A stretch of DNA of 64,000 nt from Bacteroidaceae bacterium (GTDB taxonomy: Bacteria > Bacteroidota > Bacteroidia > Bacteroidales > Bacteroidaceae): the NCBI GenBank assembly GCA_017557005.1, contig JAFZFZ010000033.1:10730-74729 (forward strand). Reading direction: 5' to 3'. The position numbers and the translations under genes were made by a program. The notes under the pieces are model-generated. The model saw only the letters and a list, made by a program, of their open reading frames with translations. It searched no databases and was not told the DNA's origin. Positions within the stretch are counted from its first letter, which is position 1. The number at the start of each line of letters is the position of its first letter. Below are positions 17,923 through 26,209 of the stretch, piece by piece.

Positions 17923-18774
17923 ATGATACGCATTGCAATACAATCAAAAGGACGCCTCAACGAGCAGAGTGTGGAACTGCTGCAAGATGCGGGCTTGAAT
18001 GTGAACGACCTGAAGCGCAAGTTTCTCGACCGTGTGGACAACTTTCCCATCGAGATCCTCTACCTGCGCGACGATGATATCCCCGAGGTGGTGGCCGATG
18101 GCTCGGCCGACATTGGCATCGTAGGATACAATGAGGTGGCCGAGACGGAAGCCGCTGTCAACATCGTACGTCAGCTGGGATTCGGTGGCTGCCGCATCTC
18201 GCTGGCCATACCCAAGGCCGATGAGTACACCTCACCCCAATACTTCCAGAGCAAGCGCATCGCCACATCGTACCCCAACATCTTACGCCGCTTTCTCAAG
18301 GAGCAGGGCGTAGAAGCCTCGGTACGCGTCATCAAGGGTTCGGTAGAGATTGCTCCCGCAGCGGGCATTGCCGATGCCATCTTCGACATCGTGTCATCGG
18401 GCGGTACACTCGTGTCGAACGGACTCAAGGAGGTGGAGCGCGTCATCAACTCCGAGGCGGTGCTCATCGCCAACCCCAACCTGACTCCCGAGAAGCAGGC
18501 CGTGCTCGACTCGCTCCTCTTCCGCATCGATGCTGTCACCAATAGCCGCGGCAAGAAGTACATTCTCATGAACCTCCCCACAGACAAGGTCGACGAGGCC
18601 ATTGCCATACTGCCTGCCATGCGCAGTCCGTCGGTGATGCCCCTGGCCGACAATACATGGTGCTCACTGCACTCGGTAGTGAAAGCCGACGAGCTGTGGG
18701 ACAAGATCGAGCGCCTCAAGCAGATTGGTGCCGAGGGTATCCTGGTCTTGGATTTGGATAAGGTGATAGAGTAA
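17923..18774 (+). CDS. hisG: ATP phosphoribosyltransferase, long form
   Basis: 283 aa with 'MIRIAIQSKGRL', 'LRDDDIPEVV' and 'IVSSGGTL', plus a C-terminal regulatory domain. Confidence 0.93.
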   Translation: MIRIAIQSKGRLNEQSVELLQDAGLNVNDLKRKFLDRVDNFPIEILYLRDDDIPEVVADGSADIGIVGYNEVAETEAAVNIVRQLGFGGCRISLAIPKADEYTSPQYFQSKRIATSYPNILRRFLKEQGVEASVRVIKGSVEIAPAAGIADAIFDIVSSGGTLVSNGLKEVERVINSEAVLIANPNLTPEKQAVLDSLLFRIDAVTNSRGKKYILMNLPTDKVDEAIAILPAMRSPSVMPLADNTWCSLHSVVKADELWDKIERLKQIGAEGILVLDLDKVIE

Positions 18775-18778
18775 ATTT

Positions 18779-18912
18779 GGCCTCCCCTAACCCCTCCAAG
18801 GAGGGGGATATCAGAGGTCACCGAAAAGAAAAGTTTAGTATTCCCTATAATAGATAAAGTCCTCCTTCGTGATGTCGGCGTCACCCCTCCTTGTGAGGGG
18901 TAGGGGGAGGCC
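18779..18912. repeat. MITE-like element with about 30-bp GC-rich terminal inverted repeats between hisG and hisD
   Basis: The left end GGCCTCCCCTAACCCCTCCAAGGAGGGG matches the reverse complement of the right end, GGCCTCCCCCTACCCCTCACAAGGAGGGG. The interior is 72 bp and AT-richer. Confidence 0.65.
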
Positions 18913-18920
18913 CAGTTACT

Positions 18921-21266
18921 ATGTTGCAAACCTATATTTCCCCTTCTCGCTCAGCGTGGGCCGCACTGATGCAGCGTGCTACAGATGATGATAGTATCAT
19001 TGAGAGCCGCGTGCGTGCCATCCTTGAGCGTGTACGCCAAGGTGGCGACGAGGCACTGCGTGCCATCACTACCGAGATTGATGGCCGTTGCCCCGATTCG
19101 CTGCAGGTCTCTGAAGCAGAGTTTGCCGAGGCCGAGGCCTTGGTGAGCGATGATCTCAAGGCTGCCATACGTCAGGCGGCCGATAATATCAGCGCCTTCC
19201 ATCGCGCACAGCAGATTTCTACTGTAGACGTACGTACCATGCCGGGTGTGCACTGCCGTCGTCGCGTGCTGCCCATCCGCCGTGTAGGTCTCTATATCCC
19301 AGGCGGTAGCGCTCCGCTCTTCTCTACCATCCTCATGCTGGCGCTGCCGGCACAAATTGCAGGTTGCGAGGAGATTGTGCTATGTACCCCGTGCGACCGC
19401 ACCTCGGGAAAGGTCAATCCCGTGGTGCTCTACACAGCCCAGCTCTGTGGCGTGCGCACAATCTATAAGCTAGGTGGAGCCCAAGCCGTGGCTGCTATGG
19501 CCTATGGCACCGAGAGCATCCGCCGCGTATACAAGATCTTCGGCCCAGGTAACCGCTACGTCACCAAGGCCAAGCAGATGGTGAGCGCTCAGGGCACTGC
19601 TATCGACATGCCCGCGGGCCCCTCCGAAGTGATGGTGATGGCCGATGCCACTGCCCAGCCCGCCTTTGTGGCTGCCGACTTCCTCTCGCAGGCCGAACAT
19701 GGCCCCGATAGCCAGTCTATCCTCGTATGCAATAGCCAGAAGTTAGCAGCCGAGGTAGAAGCCGAGATTACCCGTCAGCTGGCGCTGCTGCCCCGTGCCG
19801 ACATTGCCACCCGCTCCTTAGAGAATAGCCGCATCGTGGTATTCGACGATGTGAATACCATGGTCGACTTTGCCAACGACTACGCAGCCGAGCACCTTAT
19901 CATCGCTATGGATGATGCGTGGAGCGTGGCCAATCGCATCACAGCTGCTGGTAGCATCTTCGTGGGTCACTACTCGCCCGAGAGTGCAGGCGACTATGCT
20001 TCGGGTACCAACCACACGCTACCCACCATGGGACTTGCCACTGCCTATAGTGGCATCGGGCTCGACAGTTTCATGCACGCCATCACCTATCAGGAACTCA
20101 CCCAAGCAGGCTTGAATGCCCTTGGTACTACCATCGTACAGATGGCCGAGGCTGAAGGTCTTGATGCGCATGCCAATGCGGTGAAGGTGAGGCTCTCGTC
20201 AGAGGATTCAGAGAATTCGGAGAGCTCGGAGGACTCCAGTTGTCCTTTGAATTGGGTGCGCCCCAACATATTGGCCCTGAAGCCCTATTCTACAGCGCGC
20301 GACGAGTACAAGGGCACCATCGGTATCTACCTCGATGCCAATGAGAACCCCTTTGAGAATGGCTACAACCGCTATCCCTCTACCACCCTCAAGGCACAGG
20401 TACGCAGCACCATCGCACAGAAGAAGGGGGTAGACCCTGCGCGCCTCTTCCTCGGCAATGGTAGCGATGAGGCCATCGACCTCCTGTTCCGCATCTTCTG
20501 CCGCCCCGGCGTGGACAATGTCATCAGCATAGCCCCCACCTACGGCATGTATAGCGTGTGTGCTGCCATCAACGACATCGAGTACCGCGAGGTGATGCTG
20601 GACGATAACTTTGCGCTGCCCGTAGACAAGCTGCTCGCTGCTGCCGATGCGCAGAGCAAACTGCTCTTTGTGTGTTCGCCCAACAATCCCACGGCCAATG
20701 CCTACTCGCGCGAACAACTCATCACGCTCGTGCAGCAGTTCCCCGGCATCGTGGTGGTTGATGAGGCCTACATCGACTTCTCATCGGTACCCAGCATGGT
20801 AGAGCTCATCGATGAGAATCCCAACCTCATCGTGCTGCAGACCCTCTCCAAGGCCTACGGACTCGCAGGCTTGCGCATGGGTCTCGCCTTTGCCCACGAG
20901 CGCATCATCAGCATCTTCGAGCAGGTGAAATACCCCTACAACATCGGTGCCGATACGCTGGCATTGGCACAACGCCTCCTTGCGACCGACATCACTTCGC
21001 AGGTGCAGACCCTCATCGCTGAGCGCGAGCGCGTGGCTGCAGCGCTCAGCACGTTGCCCTATGTAGAGAAGGTGTATCCCAGCGATGCTAACTTCCTCCT
21101 CGTGAAGGTGGAGCATTCGCGCGAACTGTACGAGTACCTCATCGCCCGCGAACTCATCGTGCGCGACCGCTCACGCACCTCCGGCTGCGAGGGCACCCTG
21201 CGTATCACTATCGGTACACCCGAGGAGAACGATCGTCTTCTTGCCGAACTTAAGAATAGAGTTTGA
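18921..21266 (+). CDS. hisD-hisC: Fused histidinol dehydrogenase / histidinol-phosphate aminotransferase
   Basis: A single 781-aa ORF. The N-terminal ~430 aa are HisD ('QAEHGPDSQ', 'GDYASGTNHTLPT'). The C-terminal ~345 aa are HisC ('LKPYSTARDE', 'LQTLSKAYGLAGLRMG'). The two halves are joined by 'SSEDSENSESSEDSS'. Confidence 0.88.
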   Translation: MLQTYISPSRSAWAALMQRATDDDSIIESRVRAILERVRQGGDEALRAITTEIDGRCPDSLQVSEAEFAEAEALVSDDLKAAIRQAADNISAFHRAQQISTVDVRTMPGVHCRRRVLPIRRVGLYIPGGSAPLFSTILMLALPAQIAGCEEIVLCTPCDRTSGKVNPVVLYTAQLCGVRTIYKLGGAQAVAAMAYGTESIRRVYKIFGPGNRYVTKAKQMVSAQGTAIDMPAGPSEVMVMADATAQPAFVAADFLSQAEHGPDSQSILVCNSQKLAAEVEAEITRQLALLPRADIATRSLENSRIVVFDDVNTMVDFANDYAAEHLIIAMDDAWSVANRITAAGSIFVGHYSPESAGDYASGTNHTLPTMGLATAYSGIGLDSFMHAITYQELTQAGLNALGTTIVQMAEAEGLDAHANAVKVRLSSEDSENSESSEDSSCPLNWVRPNILALKPYSTARDEYKGTIGIYLDANENPFENGYNRYPSTTLKAQVRSTIAQKKGVDPARLFLGNGSDEAIDLLFRIFCRPGVDNVISIAPTYGMYSVCAAINDIEYREVMLDDNFALPVDKLLAAADAQSKLLFVCSPNNPTANAYSREQLITLVQQFPGIVVVDEAYIDFSSVPSMVELIDENPNLIVLQTLSKAYGLAGLRMGLAFAHERIISIFEQVKYPYNIGADTLALAQRLLATDITSQVQTLIAERERVAAALSTLPYVEKVYPSDANFLLVKVEHSRELYEYLIARELIVRDRSRTSGCEGTLRITIGTPEENDRLLAELKNRV
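20199..20237 (+). repeat. 9-bp tandem array (TCAGAGGAT TCAGAGAAT TCGGAGAGC TCGGAGGAC TCC) forming the HisD-HisC linker
   Basis: Four and a third 9-bp units read directly from the sequence. They encode the repeating pattern SED-SEN-SES-SED-S. Confidence 0.85.
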
Positions 21267-21287
21267 AAGTAGCACCCTATAATAGGA

Positions 21288-21316
21288 CAAGCCCAAGCGT
21301 TTGCTTGGGCTTGTTT
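21288..21316. terminator. Bidirectional terminator between hisD-hisC and the acyltransferase gene
   Basis: An 11-bp stem CAAGCCCAAGC/GCTTGGGCTTG with loop GTTT is followed by TTT. Confidence 0.7.
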
Positions 21317-21325
21317 GCTTTGTAA

Positions 21326-22507
21326 TCAATTATACTTGTTGGCCAACCAGCGGCGGACAGGCTCGTCGTATAGCTTGAGACATAGGATGGCCAGCACGAT
21401 GCTTGATGCTATCACCAGCAGTGCCATGGGCCACGACGTGTGTAGCGAATAGTGTTCCTTGTCAATGAGCCACGCGTAGAAGATGTACATGATAGGGTAG
21501 TGGATGATGTAGAGCGGATAAGAGATGTCGCCCAACAATTGGTTTGCCTTGCTCATGCGCTTACTTTGTGTGCTGCCGCTGGCTCCCATCCATACGATGA
21601 GGGGAAAGATGATGACGATGCATACCACCTCGTATAGGCTGTTGAGGCTGACGCTGCCACGCGAGGCAATATAAGGTGTCGAGAAGATAGCTACGAGCAT
21701 GAGTGTACATTTCCAGAAGGCTCCCTTTATCTGGTGCGGCCTGAAGTTACGGGCAAGGAGCATACCTATGGTGAAGGGGAAGAGCATGCGTATAAGACCT
21801 CCCCAAAAGTTGATGGCATCGATGGTCCAACCCACTCCCACCATATCGTAGCCCGATATGTTGCCCACGAAGAACCATGCATGCGCCACGCCCAATATAA
21901 TGGTGAGCACTGTCAACGCCTTGGTAGAGAGGCGGCGTATGACGAGAGCATAGAGGATGCTGCCTACGTATTCGAAGAAGAGCGACCAGCCAGGTCCATT
22001 GAGTGGAAACATCTCTCCGTTGCCGCGCACCTCATAGGGCACTCCGGGGATGGCGGGCACCATGAATATCGTGAGCATCAGTGCAATCATCGCCCAGCTT
22101 ATGGGAGTGGTGGTGCCATCCCAACGCTCAAATCCGACGAAGGCAAACGAGGCAAAGCCGATGAGAGCGCCCATTACCAGCATGGGGTGCAGGCGGATGA
22201 GACGGCGCTTGAAGAACTGTGTGACACTCATCTTCGTCCAGCGGTCGTCATAGGCATAGCAGAGCACAAAGCCCGATAACATAAAGAAGAAGTCTACTGC
22301 GATGTGTCCGTGGTTGAGTGTGCGTATGAGTCCATCACCCGCTCCGTTGGTGAGCTCGGCAAAGGAGAAACCTTCAAATACATGATAGAAGAGCACCAGG
22401 ATAGCAGCCACACCGCGCAGTGCGTCGAGCAACTGGTAGTGAGGCTTGGTATCGGAAAAGTGAGTGGGAGTGTTCATGGTGAATAGGCTTTTGTGAAGAT
22501 AATCCAA
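21326..22507 (-). CDS. Acyltransferase family 3 membrane protein (O-acyltransferase)
   Basis: 393 aa with about 10 TM segments and an N-terminal 'LDALRGVAAILVLFYH' motif typical of Acyl_transf_3. The start may instead be Met11 (22477). Confidence 0.8.
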   Translation of the reverse strand: MDYLHKSLFTMNTPTHFSDTKPHYQLLDALRGVAAILVLFYHVFEGFSFAELTNGAGDGLIRTLNHGHIAVDFFFMLSGFVLCYAYDDRWTKMSVTQFFKRRLIRLHPMLVMGALIGFASFAFVGFERWDGTTTPISWAMIALMLTIFMVPAIPGVPYEVRGNGEMFPLNGPGWSLFFEYVGSILYALVIRRLSTKALTVLTIILGVAHAWFFVGNISGYDMVGVGWTIDAINFWGGLIRMLFPFTIGMLLARNFRPHQIKGAFWKCTLMLVAIFSTPYIASRGSVSLNSLYEVVCIVIIFPLIVWMGASGSTQSKRMSKANQLLGDISYPLYIIHYPIMYIFYAWLIDKEHYSLHTSWPMALLVIASSIVLAILCLKLYDEPVRRWLANKYN

Positions 22508-22528
22508 TACGTAAAGTGTGTGAAATCT

Positions 22529-23767
22529 TTAGTCTTCAACCGCTTTTAGTTCATACACCACTGAGTCGGCATGCTCAGTCCTGCTGTAGCTGCCCACGAT
22601 GCCAAGGCCACCATGGATGTTGGAATGGATAGGAGAGGGCTCTCCCAACAAGCCTCCGCCCGACATCTCGTACATTGATACCGACTTGAGGTAGCGGTAG
22701 TAGTCCTCGCTGAGGCTCTCGAGCATGAAGTGGCGATGATAGGTGACGCGGCTTACGGTGTCGGAGGGGAAAATGAAACCATCAGGTTCCCAAGGCCATA
22801 CATCTCCATAGCCACTGTCAGGGTTGAACATATCATTCGTGCTGTTGCGAGGCGACTCCATGAGCATGAGGAAGTCTACCGTGGGCGCTCCTGTGCTGCG
22901 CAACTGCTCATCGCTGAAGATGATTGAGTTAGTTGAGGTGAGATAGAGGAGTCCGCCCAGTAACTGTGACATGCTCTCGCTATCGATGATGAGGCGGCTA
23001 CTGCTTTCGGTAAATAGGTAGTGAGGGTAGAAACCTTCTTCTGCAACGAAGTAATCCTGCGTGGTATCAGCCTCATGGAGATCCGAATAACCATAAATGC
23101 CCTCGGGGTAGTGGGCGAGGTAAGTGCCGTAGTAGTCCACCGTGAGGCGATAGTAGTTGGCCTCGTTGGCAGGGTCGTCGATGTAGAGGCTCACGAGCAT
23201 GGCGCTGTCCACATCGTTGAGCGTGGCAAGACTCACAGGGTCGCCCGGATTGGTGAAGGGCTGCATGGCGGTGTGTGCAATGGCAAGGGGGATACGTTTC
23301 ATTACCTCCGCTGTGGCGGTAGCAGTGCCTATGGCATGGGTGGCCGTGAGGGTGACCTCGTCGCCAGCACGCAGCATGAGGCTGCTGCGGTAGTCCTCGG
23401 TGGCGGCAGCATAAGTGAGTGGATGCTCCTCTCCATTGACGGTAGCTACTACCGTAGCATCAGCCAGGCGCTGAGGGCCTTCGGTGTCGAGAAAATGGGC
23501 GGTACGGCTCACCGTAGCTGTGAGGGCACTATCGGGGAGCAACAGGGCATTGAGCACGATGCGCGGAGCTCCAATCTCAGCATCGTAGGGGAGGTCGTTG
23601 ACGCACGAGGAGAGCGTCATCGTGCAAAGCAGGATGATGAATTGAAAATTAAAAATTAACAACTTCGTTGTTGAGCTTCGGCTGCGCTCGCTGCAAGAAC
23701 TTAAGCAAGCTTGGTTCTCGCTCGCTGGCACGAACCTTGAGAATTGAAAATTATGCCTCTGCTTCAT
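22529..23767 (-). CDS. DUF4249-type lipoprotein, partner of the upstream TonB-dependent receptor
   Basis: It follows the CarboxypepD_reg-type receptor, as is usual for DUF4249 genes, and has a 'LSSC' lipobox. The start is taken at MKQRH (23767) because the ORF-track extension to 23890 overlaps the receptor gene. Confidence 0.65.
   Translation of the reverse strand: MKQRHNFQFSRFVPASENQACLSSCSERSRSSTTKLLIFNFQFIILLCTMTLSSCVNDLPYDAEIGAPRIVLNALLLPDSALTATVSRTAHFLDTEGPQRLADATVVATVNGEEHPLTYAAATEDYRSSLMLRAGDEVTLTATHAIGTATATAEVMKRIPLAIAHTAMQPFTNPGDPVSLATLNDVDSAMLVSLYIDDPANEANYYRLTVDYYGTYLAHYPEGIYGYSDLHEADTTQDYFVAEEGFYPHYLFTESSSRLIIDSESMSQLLGGLLYLTSTNSIIFSDEQLRSTGAPTVDFLMLMESPRNSTNDMFNPDSGYGDVWPWEPDGFIFPSDTVSRVTYHRHFMLESLSEDYYRYLKSVSMYEMSGGGLLGEPSPIHSNIHGGLGIVGSYSRTEHADSVVYELKAVED
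23639..23753 (-). repeat. 102-bp in-frame insertion flanked by a 13-bp direct repeat (TAATTTTCAATTC on the coding strand) in the signal-peptide region
   Basis: GAATTGAAAATTA occurs at 23639-23651 and again at 23741-23753. Deleting one copy plus the 89-bp spacer gives MKQRHNFQFIILLCTMTLSSC. Confidence 0.7.
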
Positions 23768-23802
23768 AGTGGTTTTCGTTATCGTTATCGTTTTCGTTTT
23801 CG

Positions 23803-26196
23803 TTAGAACTGTATTCCATAGCTGAACGAGGGGATGATAGGGAAGATAGTCACCTTGCGCAGGGTCTTGAAGTATTGGTCGGTCTCCCAATCGTAGCCAT
23901 CGTAGAGGTATACCATGAAGGGATTCATGTTGTTGTAGGCATTGTAGACGCTGAGGTTGATGGTGCGCTTTACGTTGGGGTGACGCTTAAAACGCTTGTG
24001 GAAGTTGACGCCGAGGTCGAGGCGGTGATAGGGTTCGAGGCGGTAGTTGTTGCGACTCTCAAAGTACCCGATGGTACCGCTATAGTTGTCGGGCGTGTGG
24101 GGCTGGTCCTCATAGTAGTGAGTGTAGAGGGTGCCGCAGTTGCCCGTGGCATATACCCAGGTGGCTGAGAGGTCGATGCGGTCGCTCAGCTTGTAGCTGG
24201 CGGTGATATTCACATCGTGCCGACGGTCGTACTTGGCATGGAAGGGGCTTCCGCCGTTGATGATGTGCCCCTCGCGGTCAAATTGGCGCATGGTTTTCGA
24301 CCAGGTGTAGGCTATCCAGCCGGTAAACTGTCCGATGGAACGCTGTGCCATCAGCTCGAGGCCGTATGACCAGCCATCACCCATGGCCACCTTGTCTTGC
24401 CACGAGGTGGTACCCGTCATGAAGGAGGTGCCTTCGCGGTATTCGAGCAGATTGCTCATGTGTTTGTAGTAGGCTTCGGCCGAGAGATCGCACATGCCCT
24501 CAATCTCGTAATAAGCACCGGCAGCCACCTGGTGTGAGTGCTCGGGAAGTATGTCTTCTGTGACGGGCACCCAGAGGTCGGTGGGCAGACTGATGTTGCT
24601 ATTCGATAGGAGGTGTACATATTGCGTCATGTAGGCATAGCCAGCCTTGAGCGAGAGGTTGTCGGTAAGGAGCAGACGACTGCTGAGGCGAGGCTCTAAG
24701 GCATGGTAAAGCTTGCCGCCTACGGTGAAGGTCGAGTAGTTGAGTCCTGCGTTGACCTTCATTGCATCGCCCAACGTCATGTTGTCCTCGGCATAAAGTT
24801 GTGTTTCATGTGCCAGTATGTCGGGCTCGCCCAGTTGCTGGGTGTTCTCCTCCTTGCCCAGCTTCTCACTCATGGTCATCACGTCGGGGCTGAAGGTGTG
24901 GTGCGTGTAGGCCACACCCATGCGCATGTCGTGGTGCGGATTGGGACTGTAGTGCAGTTCCGTCTTGCTGGTGAGGTCATATATGCCCGAGTGCATATTG
25001 AGCTGTGCCTTATAACTTTGGTTTAGCACCTTGTCCTTCTCATCGAACCCCATGCTTATCTTGTGGCGGTATTGTGTGTAGCTCACCGAGGCATCGAGAA
25101 AGAGCTGAGGGCTAATCACGTGGTTCCATCGCGCAGCACTGACGATGTTACCCCATTTCCAACCAAGCTTGCTGTCGCTGCGGTAGTCCTTGGTGTCGGC
25201 CTCATTGATGGAGAAGTAGATCTCATCATCGCCCGAGTAGTGGCTCAGGTAGAGGCGGTCGCGATCCGAAAACTTGTGGTTGACCTTTACGTTGAGGTCG
25301 TAGAAGTAGTATCCTGCGCCATAGTTGGCATTGTCGTTTTGGGTCTTCGTCATATACCACAGTGCGGCATTGGTGATAAGGTCCGAGTAGGTGCGGCGTG
25401 CCGAGATGTTGAACGACGTCTTTCCCTTCCATAGCGGACCCTCAAGGCTAATCTTCGACGATACTGCCCCCACATGCACGTTGCCATGGTAGTGATACAT
25501 GTCGCCCTCCTTCATACGTACGTCCACCACCGAGGAGAGGCGCCCAGCATAGTGTGCGGGGAAGCTACCCTTGTAGAGGGTTACATTCTTGATGGCATCG
25601 GGATTGAATGCCGAGAAGAAGCCAAACATATGGTTTACATTGTATACGGGTACGCCATCGATGAGCATAAGGTTCTCGTCGGGGCTGCCTCCACGTACAT
25701 AGAGTCCTGCCGACCCCTCAGTACCGCTCTGCACACCGGGGAGTAGCTGTAGCACCTTCAGCACGTCGGTTTCGCCAAACATAGCCGGCACAGCTTTGAT
25801 CTGGGCAATGGGGATGTCCACGGCGCTCATCTGTGAGCCGCGCACGCCCAGGTCAAGGCGGTTGCCTACGATGGTGACCTCATCCAGTGCCGAGTGCGGG
25901 CGCAAGGCGATGTGTATGACTGTGTCGCTTGTGAGCGTAAAGGTATGCGTCTGTGGCGTGTGCCCTACGTACGATGCCGTGAGTTCTACGGTGCCCCTGG
26001 GCAATGTCAGCGAATAGTAGCCATAGGCGTTGGTCACCGTGCCATTGCCGCTGGCGTGGTCATAGAGCGTGGCGCCTATCATCGTCTCTTCAGCTGCCGC
26101 ATCGGTGATGTATCCACTCACGGTATATTGCTGTGCTTGTGCTCCGAGGATGCACATGAGCGCCAATGCAAAGGTTTGTATGAGGCGTCTTTTCAT
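23803..26196 (-). CDS. TonB-dependent outer-membrane receptor with N-terminal carboxypeptidase-regulatory-like domain
   Basis: 797 aa with a signal peptide, 'YTVSGYITDA...' CarboxypepD_reg fold, a plug region 'LDEVTIVGNR...', and the C-terminal aromatic end 'SFSYGIQF'. Confidence 0.85.
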   Translation of the reverse strand: MKRRLIQTFALALMCILGAQAQQYTVSGYITDAAAEETMIGATLYDHASGNGTVTNAYGYYSLTLPRGTVELTASYVGHTPQTHTFTLTSDTVIHIALRPHSALDEVTIVGNRLDLGVRGSQMSAVDIPIAQIKAVPAMFGETDVLKVLQLLPGVQSGTEGSAGLYVRGGSPDENLMLIDGVPVYNVNHMFGFFSAFNPDAIKNVTLYKGSFPAHYAGRLSSVVDVRMKEGDMYHYHGNVHVGAVSSKISLEGPLWKGKTSFNISARRTYSDLITNAALWYMTKTQNDNANYGAGYYFYDLNVKVNHKFSDRDRLYLSHYSGDDEIYFSINEADTKDYRSDSKLGWKWGNIVSAARWNHVISPQLFLDASVSYTQYRHKISMGFDEKDKVLNQSYKAQLNMHSGIYDLTSKTELHYSPNPHHDMRMGVAYTHHTFSPDVMTMSEKLGKEENTQQLGEPDILAHETQLYAEDNMTLGDAMKVNAGLNYSTFTVGGKLYHALEPRLSSRLLLTDNLSLKAGYAYMTQYVHLLSNSNISLPTDLWVPVTEDILPEHSHQVAAGAYYEIEGMCDLSAEAYYKHMSNLLEYREGTSFMTGTTSWQDKVAMGDGWSYGLELMAQRSIGQFTGWIAYTWSKTMRQFDREGHIINGGSPFHAKYDRRHDVNITASYKLSDRIDLSATWVYATGNCGTLYTHYYEDQPHTPDNYSGTIGYFESRNNYRLEPYHRLDLGVNFHKRFKRHPNVKRTINLSVYNAYNNMNPFMVYLYDGYDWETDQYFKTLRKVTIFPIIPSFSYGIQF

Positions 26197-26209
26197 AATA
26201 GGAGGGACT

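Noticed and set aside
23773-23803. A hexamer/heptamer microsatellite (TTTTCGT TATCGT TATCGT TTTCGT TTTCGT) lies between the TonB-receptor stop and the DUF4249 start.
   Set aside because: It is simple-sequence DNA in a 35-bp spacer. It is real, but I cannot attach a function. The 'TKTKTITITKTT' peptide arises only from the rejected ORF extension.
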